From: Gaiellaceae bacterium
GTDB lineage: Bacteria; Actinomycetota; Thermoleophilia; Gaiellales; Gaiellaceae
Direction: 5' to 3'
Assembly: GCA_046262315.1 (NCBI GenBank)
Contig: JBHEMZ010000054.1
Span: forward strand, 267 to 64,266
Length of the DNA: 64,000 bases
The notes under the pieces were generated by a model. It did no database searches and was not told where the DNA came from. It saw only the letters and a list, made by a program, of their open reading frames with translations. Made by a program: the position numbers and the translations under genes. Shown here in pieces: positions 33,406-42,398 of the stretch; position 1 is the stretch's first letter, and each line of letters begins with the position of its first letter.

Positions 33406-36300
33406 GTGTCGAACCGGCGTACACAGCTCTTCCTAGTTCTCGCCGTCCTCGCGGCGCTCGTCGGCGTCGCTCTGCTGGTGATCCCGGGCACGCCGATCCA
33501 CCGCAGCCCGACGCTCGGTCTCGACCTCCAGGGCGGCCTCGAGGTCGTGCTCGAGGCGCAAACTCCCGCGGAACAGCAGCTGACCGACAGCGACATCGAC
33601 CGTTCGGTCACGATCATCCGCGACCGCATCGACAAGCTCGGCGTGTCCGAGCCCGAGGTGCGCAAGCAGGGGAACAACCAGATCGTCGTCCAGCTCGCCG
33701 GCGTCTTCAACCAGGATCGCGCGGTGCAGATCATCGGCTCGACCGCGCAGCTCGAGCTCTACAAGCTGGAGGCGGATCTGGTTCAGCCGTCGTTCGACGC
33801 GATCAATTCGTCGCCCGTCGCGCAAGAAGGGCTCTTCGACCTGCTCGCGCCCGTCTCCCAAACGGCACAGGACGGTACGCCGGAGGCCTGGTTCTTGTTC
33901 AACCCACAGAAGAAGCTGATCGCCGGGCCGGCGAAGACCCGTGATGAGATCGAGCGCTCCCGGGCCTACCGGTGCGCCACGGGGGGCCGCGTGGGCGAGG
34001 ACGTGGACTGCGCGAAGATCACCGGCACGACCGGCGGCGGACAGCCAGGCGGGGGCACCACCGGGGGAGCGGGCGGCAAGAAGGCGGGCAAGCCTGCGAC
34101 CGGCGAGCTTCCGAAAGGCTACAAGCTCTTCGCGCAGCCGGCGAACACGAAGATCATCACGTGCGACGACAGCTCGGACGTGTGCCCGAGCGTGCAGGAG
34201 TCGCCGCCCTCGCAGACCTACTACTACCTCTTCAAGTACGAGCCGGACGCCGAGGAGCCGGTCCCGGAGATGACCGGCGAGGATCTCAAGCTCGACGGAA
34301 CGCGGCAGGACTTCGACCCATCGTCGCGCGAGCCGATCGTCCTCATGCAGTTCACCGACTCGGGCGCCGACAAGTTCCACAAGATCACGCGTGAGCTGGC
34401 GCAGGCGGGGCTGATCCTGCACGGCCGGGTCGGGGGGGAGGAGCGAAACGCGTTCCAGAGCTTCGCGATCGTGCTCGACGACGAGATCAAGTCGTTCCCG
34501 ACCATCGACTTCAGTGAGAACCCCGACGGGATCGCGGGCGACAACGGGGCGCAGATCACTGGCATGGGCTCGATCGGCGAGGCCAAGGACCTCGCGCTCG
34601 TGCTCCAGACGGGTGCCCTGCCCATCGAGTTCAAGATCGTCGACCGGACGAACGTCTCGGCCACGCTGGGCAAGGACTCGCTGCGCCAGGCCATGCGCGC
34701 CGCCGTCGCCGGCTTGGCGATCGTCGCCCTCTTCCTGATCCTCTTCTACCGCTTCCTCGGCGTCGTCGCCGTGGCCGGCCTGGGCGTCTACGCCGCGCTC
34801 CTGTACGCGGTGCTGCTGCTCTTCAACGTCACGCTGACCCTGCCGGGCTTCGCCGGCATGATCCTCACCATCGGCGTCGCCGCCGACGCCAACATCGTCA
34901 TCTTCGAACGGATCAAGGAGGAGTCCCGCGCGGGCAAATCCGTGCGAGCGGCCATCGGTGCGGGCTACTCGAAGGGCTTCGCGACGATCGTGGACGCGAA
35001 CGTGGTGACGGCCATCGCTGCCCTCGTGCTATTCGCCGTGGCCACCGCCGGCGTAAAGGGCTTCGCGCTCATGCTGCTGATCGGGACGGCGATCTCGATG
35101 GTCACCGCAGTCGCCGCTACACGCGCCCTGCTGGGCCTGCTGGCCGGCTTCCGCTGGTTCGACAGCCCCCGCTTCATGGGCGCGCAGGGCCAGCAGACGG
35201 CGCGCTGGCTCCAGATCGACTTCATGGGACTCAGGCGCTACTGGTTCGCAATGTCGGGCCTGGTGCTCTCCGTCTGCATCGGGGCGCTGATCCTCTCCGG
35301 GCTCAACTTGGGCATCGACTTCAGGGGCGGCACGCAGATCACCTTCGAGACGCCCCGGGCGGTCGCCATCGAAGACGTGCGCGACGTGATGCGCACCGTG
35401 GACCAGGGCGACGCCGTCATCCAGGGCCGCGGCACGGCGCAGGCGGACAAGTTCACAACCTTCCAGGTGCGCACCGAGTCGCTGTCGCAGCCCAAGATCG
35501 AGACGGTGCAGGACGCGCTGAAGACCCGTTACGGCGAGAACATCGCGTCGGGCGTCAAGAGCGTGTCCGAGAGCTTCGGCAGCCAGATCGCCAAATCGGC
35601 GCTGCTCGCCATCTTCGTCTCGTTCCTGCTGATCGTCATCTACATCTCGCTGCGCTTCCAGTGGAAGTTCGCCGTGCCGGTGCTCGTGGCGATCGGCCAC
35701 GACGTGCTGATCACGGTCGGGATCTACGCGCTGCTCGGGCGGGAGGTGACGACGGCAACCGTGGCCGCGGTGCTGACCGTGCTCGGCTACTCGATGTACG
35801 ACACGATCATCATCTTCGACCGCATCCGCGAGAACCTGCCGCTCATGCGTCGGGCGTCGTTCGCGACGATCGCCAACGTTTCCATCTGGGAGACGGTGCG
35901 CCGCTCGCTGGCGACCACCTTCATCACGCTGCTGCCGGTCGGCGCGCTCCTGCTCTTCGGCGGCGAGACGCTCAAGGACTTCGCGTTCGCCCTGCTCATC
36001 GGGATCGGCACCGGCGCCTACTCGACCATCTTCATCGCCTCGCCGCTTTTGACCATCTGGAAGGAGCGCGAGCCCGAGTTCGCCCGCAAGCGCGACCAGG
36101 AGGCCGGGGGCGGCGACGGCAAGGCGCGCGGGGCGGAGGCGGACCGGGTGCTTGCTGCCGCCACCGTCGCGGCCGCGGAGCAGCCGGCGCCGGAGCTCGC
36201 CCCCACGATCGACGGTGGCGACGGCGCCTCCCGCAGCGACGCCCGCCGTGAGCGGCGCCGCCAGCGCAGGCGCTCGCGGCCGCACGGCCGGGCCCGGTAG
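33406..36300 (+). CDS. secDF: Fused protein-export membrane protein SecDF
   Basis: The SecD part has LGLDLQGGLEVVLEA and GFAGMILTIGVAADANIVIFERIKEE. The SecF part has IDFMGLRRYWF, LGIDFRGGTQITFE and YSMYDTIIIFDRIREN, all in one ORF. The start is the GTG giving VSNRRTQLF. Confidence 0.9.
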   Translation: MSNRRTQLFLVLAVLAALVGVALLVIPGTPIHRSPTLGLDLQGGLEVVLEAQTPAEQQLTDSDIDRSVTIIRDRIDKLGVSEPEVRKQGNNQIVVQLAGVFNQDRAVQIIGSTAQLELYKLEADLVQPSFDAINSSPVAQEGLFDLLAPVSQTAQDGTPEAWFLFNPQKKLIAGPAKTRDEIERSRAYRCATGGRVGEDVDCAKITGTTGGGQPGGGTTGGAGGKKAGKPATGELPKGYKLFAQPANTKIITCDDSSDVCPSVQESPPSQTYYYLFKYEPDAEEPVPEMTGEDLKLDGTRQDFDPSSREPIVLMQFTDSGADKFHKITRELAQAGLILHGRVGGEERNAFQSFAIVLDDEIKSFPTIDFSENPDGIAGDNGAQITGMGSIGEAKDLALVLQTGALPIEFKIVDRTNVSATLGKDSLRQAMRAAVAGLAIVALFLILFYRFLGVVAVAGLGVYAALLYAVLLLFNVTLTLPGFAGMILTIGVAADANIVIFERIKEESRAGKSVRAAIGAGYSKGFATIVDANVVTAIAALVLFAVATAGVKGFALMLLIGTAISMVTAVAATRALLGLLAGFRWFDSPRFMGAQGQQTARWLQIDFMGLRRYWFAMSGLVLSVCIGALILSGLNLGIDFRGGTQITFETPRAVAIEDVRDVMRTVDQGDAVIQGRGTAQADKFTTFQVRTESLSQPKIETVQDALKTRYGENIASGVKSVSESFGSQIAKSALLAIFVSFLLIVIYISLRFQWKFAVPVLVAIGHDVLITVGIYALLGREVTTATVAAVLTVLGYSMYDTIIIFDRIRENLPLMRRASFATIANVSIWETVRRSLATTFITLLPVGALLLFGGETLKDFAFALLIGIGTGAYSTIFIASPLLTIWKEREPEFARKRDQEAGGGDGKARGAEADRVLAAATVAAAEQPAPELAPTIDGGDGASRSDARRERRRQRRRSRPHGRAR

Positions 36301-36308
36301 CGCGGCCG

Positions 36309-36668
36309 ATGAGCAGGCCCTCGGCGGTTCGCGAGCTGCTCGAGCAGCTCGGCCTGGCGGCGGTCGGCGCCGTATCTCTGACCGCCGAGCGCGCAGACCG
36401 ACTGGCGGACGACCTGGCCTCCCGCGGCGGGCTGCGGCGCGAGGAGGTGCGTACGATGATCGACGAGGCGACCGCGCGCTGGCGTGGCGACACGGGCCAC
36501 CTGGGTGAGCTCGCAGGCGTGGCGCTCGACAAGCTCTTCGCCGACCTCGGCCTCGTGGTGCGCGACGATCTCGAGGAACTCGAGCTGCGCCTCGCCCAGC
36601 TCGAGCACCGCCTGCGGCTGCTGGAACCGCCCTTGAGCGGCGCGGACGGCGCCCCGCCGGCCGCCTGA
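36309..36668 (+). CDS. Phasin-like helical hypothetical protein
   Basis: 119 aa and all-helical (LLEQLGLAAVGAVSLTAERADRLADDLASRG...). It resembles the phasin-type proteins often found next to ABC1/UbiB kinases. Confidence 0.5.
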   Translation: MSRPSAVRELLEQLGLAAVGAVSLTAERADRLADDLASRGGLRREEVRTMIDEATARWRGDTGHLGELAGVALDKLFADLGLVVRDDLEELELRLAQLEHRLRLLEPPLSGADGAPPAA

Positions 36669-36688
36669 GCCCGTGTCACACTGAGCCC

Positions 36689-38335
36689 GTGGCGCAGGCA
36701 CCGCCTCGCAACCTCGGCCGCCTGTCAGAGATTGCGCAGGTGGCGGCGAAGCACGGCTTCGGCTACCTGTTCGAGTCAAGGCGCATGCGCCGCGCGGACA
36801 ACGTCCACGGCGTCCCCTCGCAGCGGGGCGTCCACCTGCGCGCGATGCTCGACGAGCTGGGGCCTACCTTCGTCAAGTTCGGCCAGCTCCTGTCCATGCG
36901 TCCGGACGTACTGCCGCCGGACATCATCGGCGAGCTGCGTGGGCTCCAGGACGACGTGCGCCCGTTCACCTACGAAGAAGCAGAGCTCGTCGTCCAGGCT
37001 GAGCTAGGTCTTCCGCTCGAGCGCCTGTTCCGTGAGTTCGACGAGACGCCGATCGCGGCCGCGTCGATCGGACAGGTGCACAGCGCGGTGCTGCCGGACG
37101 GCCGCCGCGTCGCCGTAAAGGTGCAGCGACCCGACGCGCCGCGCCAGATCGAGGCCGACATCGCCCTGCTCTACCAGGCGGCCAAGATTGCCAAGGAGCG
37201 CGTCCGCCGCCTCGACTTCATCGACGCGCGGGGCATCGTGGACGAGTTCAGCCGCTCGATCCGCCAGGAGCTCGACTACCGCCACGAGGCACGCAACGCG
37301 GAGACGTTCCGCCGCCACTTCGCCGGGCATGCGCGTGTCCGCATCCCGCGCGTCTACTGGAGCTACACGCGCGCCCGCGTCCTCACCCTCGAGTTCATCG
37401 AGGGGACGCAGCTCGCGGACATCGACGGCACGGCCCTCTCGCTGCTCGACCGCCGCCGGCTCGCCGAGATCATCACCGAGACCTGGATGGCAATGATCTT
37501 CCGCCACGGGTTCTTCCACGCCGACCCGCACCCCGCCAACATCCTCGTGCTCGACGGCGCGGAGCAGATCGGGCTCGTGGACTTCGGCCTCGCCGGCAAG
37601 TTGACCGACGCGGACATGTCGACGATGACGCGGCTGTTCATCGACGCCGTCAACGAGAACGTGGATGCGCTCCCGAAGCGCCTTGCCGAGCTCGGCGTCC
37701 GCTACCCGCGCGAGCGCGAGGACGAGTTCGTGGCTGAGCTGCGGGAGCTGTTCTACCGCTACTACGGGGCGCCGCTCTCCGAGATCGACCCGCTCCAGGT
37801 CATCCGCGAGGGCTTCGACCTCATCTACTCGATGAACCTCGAGCTGCCCACGCGCTTCCTCCTGCTCGACAAAGCGATTGCAACACTCGCCTCCGTCGGC
37901 GTCGAGCTGTACCCGGACTTCAACGTCTTCGAGGTCGCCAAGCCGTACGCCCGCAACCTCCTGATCGGCCGCTACAGCCCGGGCCGCGTCGCGTCGCGCG
38001 CGCGACGCGAGACGGTGGAGCTCGCCCGCATCGCTCGCGGTCTGCCATACCAGGTGAGCGACGTGCTCGAGCAGGCGCGCGACGGCCAGATCGAGGTCGG
38101 CTTCGTGCACAAGGGCATCGACGAGTTCATGCACAAGATGGACATCGCGTTCAACCGGCTCGTGGTGGCCCTTGTCGTGGCTGCCGGGCTGATCGCGTCG
38201 AGCCTGATGGGCATCTTCGCGGAGGAGGGACCGCAGATCCTCGGCATCCATGTCGTCTCGGTCGTCGGCTTTCTCGTCTCGGGGCTGCTCGGGGGGTGGC
38301 TGCTCCTCGGAGTGTTGCGCTCGGGTCGTCTTTAG
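36689..38335 (+). CDS. ABC1/UbiB-family atypical protein kinase (AarF domain)
   Basis: GPTFVKFGQLLSMRPDVLP, AAASIGQVHSAVL, VAVKVQRP and FFHADPHPANILV, with two C-terminal TM helices. Confidence 0.88.
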   Translation: MAQAPPRNLGRLSEIAQVAAKHGFGYLFESRRMRRADNVHGVPSQRGVHLRAMLDELGPTFVKFGQLLSMRPDVLPPDIIGELRGLQDDVRPFTYEEAELVVQAELGLPLERLFREFDETPIAAASIGQVHSAVLPDGRRVAVKVQRPDAPRQIEADIALLYQAAKIAKERVRRLDFIDARGIVDEFSRSIRQELDYRHEARNAETFRRHFAGHARVRIPRVYWSYTRARVLTLEFIEGTQLADIDGTALSLLDRRRLAEIITETWMAMIFRHGFFHADPHPANILVLDGAEQIGLVDFGLAGKLTDADMSTMTRLFIDAVNENVDALPKRLAELGVRYPREREDEFVAELRELFYRYYGAPLSEIDPLQVIREGFDLIYSMNLELPTRFLLLDKAIATLASVGVELYPDFNVFEVAKPYARNLLIGRYSPGRVASRARRETVELARIARGLPYQVSDVLEQARDGQIEVGFVHKGIDEFMHKMDIAFNRLVVALVVAAGLIASSLMGIFAEEGPQILGIHVVSVVGFLVSGLLGGWLLLGVLRSGRL

Positions 38336-38444
38336 TAGCCCCGGCTGCACCCGACGGCTGTCGAAGAATCTGCGAATCCTTCGTCGCACACTCGCGCGAA
38401 AGGACATCTGGCGTCCACGGGCCGCCGGCTCTACCGTCGTCGAC

Positions 38445-39137
38445 ATGAACGCCGTCGTCGTCGCCGAGCACGAGAGCGACACCCGCGAGTTCCTCGAACG
38501 GCACCTCTCGCGGGACGGCTTCGAGGTGCTCGCCGCAAGCGCGGCCGGCGAGGCACTCGAGCTCGCGGAGCAGGCCCACCCCGACCTAGTCGTGCTCGGG
38601 CTGCCCAACGGCTCGGCGCTCGACGTGTGCTCGCGCCTACGCGAGGGCGAGCCGGGCCGGTCCTGGAATCGCGACGTGCCGGTCATCCTGCTGGGCGACG
38701 AGACCTCAGGCCCGGTCGACCGCGTGCGAGCGTTCGCGCGCGGCGCCGACGACTGGGTTTCCAGGCCGCTCATGTACGACGAGCTGCTCGCGCGCATCCG
38801 TGCCGTGCTGCGCCGCACGAACGTGGCGGAGCGTGAGCGGGTGGAGGCGGGCGCGCTCGTCGTCGACCGGCGCACGCGGCGCGTCACGGTGGACGCCCGG
38901 CCGGTCGAGCTGGCGTCAAAGGAGTACGAGCTGCTGCTGAAGCTGGCCTCCGAGCCGACTCGTGTCTTCACGAAGGAGCATCTGCTCCGAGAGGTGTGGG
39001 GATTCCGCTCGCTCGGCCGCACCCGCACGCTCGACTCGCACGCATCGAGGCTCCGTCGCAAGCTGGCCGGGATCACCGAGAAGCCTTACGTAATCAACGT
39101 TTGGGGCGTCGGCTACCGGCTGGTCGATCCGGACTGA
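38445..39137 (+). CDS. OmpR-family winged-helix regulator with a degenerate (pseudo-)receiver domain
   Basis: The DNA-binding domain is intact (ELASKEYELLLKLA...VWGVGYRLV). The receiver positions are substituted: DD to EH, the phospho-Asp to G (VVLGLPNG), T to G (LLGDE), and K to R (SRPL). Confidence 0.8.
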   Translation: MNAVVVAEHESDTREFLERHLSRDGFEVLAASAAGEALELAEQAHPDLVVLGLPNGSALDVCSRLREGEPGRSWNRDVPVILLGDETSGPVDRVRAFARGADDWVSRPLMYDELLARIRAVLRRTNVAERERVEAGALVVDRRTRRVTVDARPVELASKEYELLLKLASEPTRVFTKEHLLREVWGFRSLGRTRTLDSHASRLRRKLAGITEKPYVINVWGVGYRLVDPD

Positions 39138-39199
39138 TGAACTGCCCCGGCGTACGGCCCGCGCAGTAGAGTCGTGGCACCACCGGAAAGGAGCGGGCC

Positions 39200-39802
39200 G
39201 TGCAGCTGATCGAGCGGATTCACGAGGCGCAGAGGCGCTGGAATGTCCTTACCCATCCCTTCTACGAGCGCTGGGACGCGGGCGCGCTCACTGCCGGGGA
39301 GCTGCGTGTCTACGCAGGCCAGTACCGCCACGCGGTCGCCGCCGTCGCGTCGGCCGCGTGCACGGGCGGCGCGCTCGACGACGGCGGCCACGCGGCGGAG
39401 GAGGCGGCGCACGTAAAGCTCTGGGACGCGTGGGCGCAGTCGCTCGGCGCGGCCCCCGCGGAGCCCGCGCCCGAGGCTGAGGCGTGCGCGGAGGCGTGGG
39501 CGCCGCCCGACGCCCTGGCTGCGACGGCGGTGCTCTACGCCGTCGAGTCGGCGCAGCCCGCGATCGCCGAGACGAAGCTGCGCGGCCTCGTGAGCCACTA
39601 CGGGTTCGACGAGGCGTCGCCGGCGCTCGAGTACTTCCGCCTGCACGCCGAGCGGGACCACGAGCACGCGCGCCGTGCGGAGGACGTCCTCGCGCGCGAG
39701 ACGCGGCCGGAGGACGCCGACCGCCTCGCGGCCGCCGCCGAGGCCGCGCTGCGGGCGAACTGGCTGCTGCTCGACGGTGTCGAGCGGCTGAACGGCCGTT
39801 AG
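39200..39802 (+). CDS. Heme-oxygenase-like fold protein (TenA / PqqC / CADD-like, possible di-iron enzyme)
   Basis: HPFYERWDAGALTAGELRVYAGQYRH, plus two E..H-type motifs (EEAAH, ERDHEH). Assignment is at family level only. Confidence 0.6.
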   Translation: MQLIERIHEAQRRWNVLTHPFYERWDAGALTAGELRVYAGQYRHAVAAVASAACTGGALDDGGHAAEEAAHVKLWDAWAQSLGAAPAEPAPEAEACAEAWAPPDALAATAVLYAVESAQPAIAETKLRGLVSHYGFDEASPALEYFRLHAERDHEHARRAEDVLARETRPEDADRLAAAAEAALRANWLLLDGVERLNGR

Positions 39803-40356
39803 AGCGAGCCCTCGAGCGCGAGCAGGGCGCGCTTGCGCTCGAGGCCGCCGCCGTAGCCGACGAGCGCGCCCGTCGACCCGACGACGCGGTGGCACGGCAG
39901 CACGATCGGGATCGGGTTGCGGTTCATCACCGTTCCGACGGCCCTCGCCGCGCGCGGGCGGCCGGCGCGCTGCGCGAGCGTCCCGTAGGTGGTCACCTCG
40001 CCGTACGGGACGCGCGCGAGCTGCTCGAGCACGTTCCGGCTGAAGTCGCGCGCGAGGCGGAGGTCGAGCGGCACGTCGAACGAGCGCCGCCGGCCGGCGA
40101 AGTACTCGTCGAGCTGCCGGCGGACGTGGTCGAGCGCCCGCGGCACCCGCAGCAGGCGGACCCCGAAGGTCCGCGCCAGCTCGTCCTCGATCTGCTCGGG
40201 CACCGGGTCGTACGTCACACGGCAGAGACCGTGTTCGCTGCCTGCGACGAGCAGTGGGCCGAGGGGCGAGTCGGCGAAGTCGTAGGCGACGTCGAGCAGC
40301 CCTTCGGCCGCGGCGTGTTCTCGGAAGCGGCGGTCGAGGTCGGGCGTGACGGTCAT
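39799..40356 (-). CDS. ogt: Methylated-DNA--protein-cysteine methyltransferase
   Basis: VPYGEVTTYG, RAVGTVMNRNPIPIVLPCHRVV and GYGGGLERKRALL. Confidence 0.9.
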   Translation of the reverse strand: MTVTPDLDRRFREHAAAEGLLDVAYDFADSPLGPLLVAGSEHGLCRVTYDPVPEQIEDELARTFGVRLLRVPRALDHVRRQLDEYFAGRRRSFDVPLDLRLARDFSRNVLEQLARVPYGEVTTYGTLAQRAGRPRAARAVGTVMNRNPIPIVLPCHRVVGSTGALVGYGGGLERKRALLALEGSL

Positions 40357-40832
40357 CGTTCCTCCTCGCGTCGTAGCCGGCGGACGCCCGACGAGGCCGC
40401 CTGGCGTGCGGCCTCGGGGCTCGAGCCGATCGCCGTCCCGATCTGGCCGTAGTCGAGGTCGTAGCCGTAGCGCAGCACGACTGCAGCGCGTTCCTTGGGT
40501 GGCAGTCCCGACGTCAGCTCACTCAGCTCGGCGTAGCTCGGGCGGTCGTCGACCGCCTCGACGTCCGGGATATCGCTCGCGGACAGGCGGCCGCGGCGCC
40601 GATGCTCGTCCACGGCGACCCGCGTCGCGATCGTGAAGACCCACCCGCGCAGGTGATCGGCGTGGCGCAGACCTCCGTATGCGCGAAGCGCTCGCAGGAA
40701 GGTCTCCTGGAAGGCGTCCTCGGCGGCGCTCGCGCCGAGCTGGCGCGTCAGGTACGCGAAGACGGCGTCTCGATGATCGCGGTAGAAGCGCTCGAACGGC
40801 GGGGCTCCGGTCACGGGCGTCCATTCCATCAT
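40353..40832 (-). CDS. ECF-type sigma-70 family RNA polymerase sigma factor
   Basis: Region 2 has FERFYRDHRDAVFAYL and FQETFLRALRAY. Region 4 has ERAAVVLRYGYDLDYGQIGTAIGSSPEAARQAASSGVRRLR. There is a 4-nt overlap with ogt. Confidence 0.85.
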   Translation of the reverse strand: MMEWTPVTGAPPFERFYRDHRDAVFAYLTRQLGASAAEDAFQETFLRALRAYGGLRHADHLRGWVFTIATRVAVDEHRRRGRLSASDIPDVEAVDDRPSYAELSELTSGLPPKERAAVVLRYGYDLDYGQIGTAIGSSPEAARQAASSGVRRLRREEER

Positions 40833-41052
40833 TCGTGAAACGCGCGGACGCGGCCCAGCGTGAGATGAGGCGGACCAACGGGTCCCAGCGCGGCGAGGAT
40901 CCAGGCCCGGCACCGCCCGACGCGTCCTGCGCGGACACCTCGCGTAGGTGCCCGAAGCCTCCTCCCCGCCGCGATCCTATTCGCCAGAGACGCACGTGTC
41001 CGGGCCGGATTCGTGACGGCTTGCGCGCGGCGTCTTCTGGGACACTTGCCGC

Positions 41053-41871
41053 GTGCGCGTTGCCGTCGTCGGTCACGTGGAGTGGGTGCACTTCGCGCGC
41101 GTCGAGCGGCTGCCCTCGCCCGGCGAGATCATCCATGCGTCGGAGCACTGGGAGGAGGCCGGTGGGGGTGGCGCCGTCGCGGCGCTCCAGCTCGCCGCGC
41201 TCGCGGGCGAGGCGACCATCTACACGGCGCTCGGCGACGACGAGTGCGGGCATCGCGCCGGGTGGGAGCTGTGCGAGCGCGGCGTCCGGGTGGCCGCGGT
41301 GTACCGGGACGAGCCTCAGCGGCGCGCCTTCACCTTCGTGGATGCGGCGGCCGAGCGGACGATCACCCTGCTCGGCCCGAAGCTCACTCCCCGTGGCGAC
41401 GACGCGCTGCCCTGGGAGGCGCTGGACGACTTCGACGGCGTCTACTACACCGCGCGCGAGGCCGGCGCCCTCCGGCAGGCCCGGCGGGCGCGCACCCTGG
41501 TCGCCACCGCGCGCGAGCTGACCACGCTCCTGGAGGCGGGCGTCGAGCTCGACGCACTCGTCCACTCCGGTCAGGACGCCGGCGAGCGCTACGAGGGGGG
41601 CGTGCTCGATCCGCCACCGCGGCTGCTCGTGACGACCGCCGGGCGCAGCGGAGGCACGTACCGGACGGCCGAGGGCGCGCTGGGGACGTTTCCCGCCGCC
41701 CCGCTGCCGGGAGCGCCGGTCGATGCGTACGGCGCGGGCGATTGCTTCGCCGCGGGCCTGACCTTCGCGCTCGCCCATGGCGAGCCGCTCGAGGAGGCGC
41801 TGGCCCTCGCCGCCCGCTGCGGGGCCGGCGCGCTGTCCGGCCCGGGGGTGCACGTCACAGCTCCTCCGTAG
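41053..41871 (+). CDS. PfkB-family carbohydrate/nucleoside kinase
   Basis: GGGGAVAA near the N-terminus, and C-terminal DAYGAGDCFAAGLTFAL (the PfkB anion-hole/catalytic Asp motif). Confidence 0.8.
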   Translation: MRVAVVGHVEWVHFARVERLPSPGEIIHASEHWEEAGGGGAVAALQLAALAGEATIYTALGDDECGHRAGWELCERGVRVAAVYRDEPQRRAFTFVDAAAERTITLLGPKLTPRGDDALPWEALDDFDGVYYTAREAGALRQARRARTLVATARELTTLLEAGVELDALVHSGQDAGERYEGGVLDPPPRLLVTTAGRSGGTYRTAEGALGTFPAAPLPGAPVDAYGAGDCFAAGLTFALAHGEPLEEALALAARCGAGALSGPGVHVTAPP

Positions 41872-41895
41872 GGCCGCGCGTCACCCGGTGGTGCG

Positions 41896-41932
41896 AAAGT
41901 GTTGCGGTATGGGTTAAAGTGGTTTAAAGTGG
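41896..41932 (+). promoter_or_regulatory. Candidate MraZ operator: AAAGTG(T/G) direct repeats with 10-bp phasing
   Basis: AAAGTGT at 41896, AAAGTGG at 41916 and AAAGTGG at 41926, with a degenerate unit at ~41906. They sit 30-70 nt upstream of the mraZ ATG in a locally AT-rich patch. Confidence 0.5.
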
Positions 41933-41963
41933 CGCGCAGTACCCACAACCCACCACCTGCACA

Positions 41964-42398
41964 ATGCTGCTGGGCGAGTTCGACCACACGATCGATGACA
42001 AGAACCGCGTCACGCTTCCGGCCCGCTTTCGCGAGACCTTCGCGGAGGGAGCGGTGATGACGCGCGGGATGGACGGTTGCCTCTCGGTCTACCCGCGAGG
42101 CGTCTGGGAGCGGCTCGCGGAGGAGCGTCTCGGCGGGCTCGACACCCTGACGCCCGAGGGGCGCAGGCTCGAGCGGTACTTCTACTCGGCGGCCGCCGAG
42201 GTTGACCTCGACCGCCAGGGCCGTATGGTCATCCCCGGTCGTCTCTCGCGGTACGCGGAGCTCGGAAAGGACGTCGTGGTGGCGGGCCTACGCGACCGGG
42301 TGGAGATCTGGGACCGCGACGCGTGGGGCAGGGAGCGAGACGACATCGAAGGGAGCGCGGAGCATGTTGCCGAACGTATTGCAGGCAGACGGGACTGA
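41964..42398 (+). CDS. mraZ: Transcriptional regulator MraZ
   Basis: The first SpoVT/AbrB-like repeat has DDKNRVTLPARFRE and the second DRQGRMVIPGRL. It is the first gene of the dcw cluster. Confidence 0.92.
   Translation: MLLGEFDHTIDDKNRVTLPARFRETFAEGAVMTRGMDGCLSVYPRGVWERLAEERLGGLDTLTPEGRRLERYFYSAAAEVDLDRQGRMVIPGRLSRYAELGKDVVVAGLRDRVEIWDRDAWGRERDDIEGSAEHVAERIAGRRD

Noticed and set aside
37004-39076. A 690-aa ORF on the minus strand
   Set aside because: It is antisense to the UbiB-like kinase and the OmpR-family regulator. It has no motifs and a Ser/Arg-rich composition.
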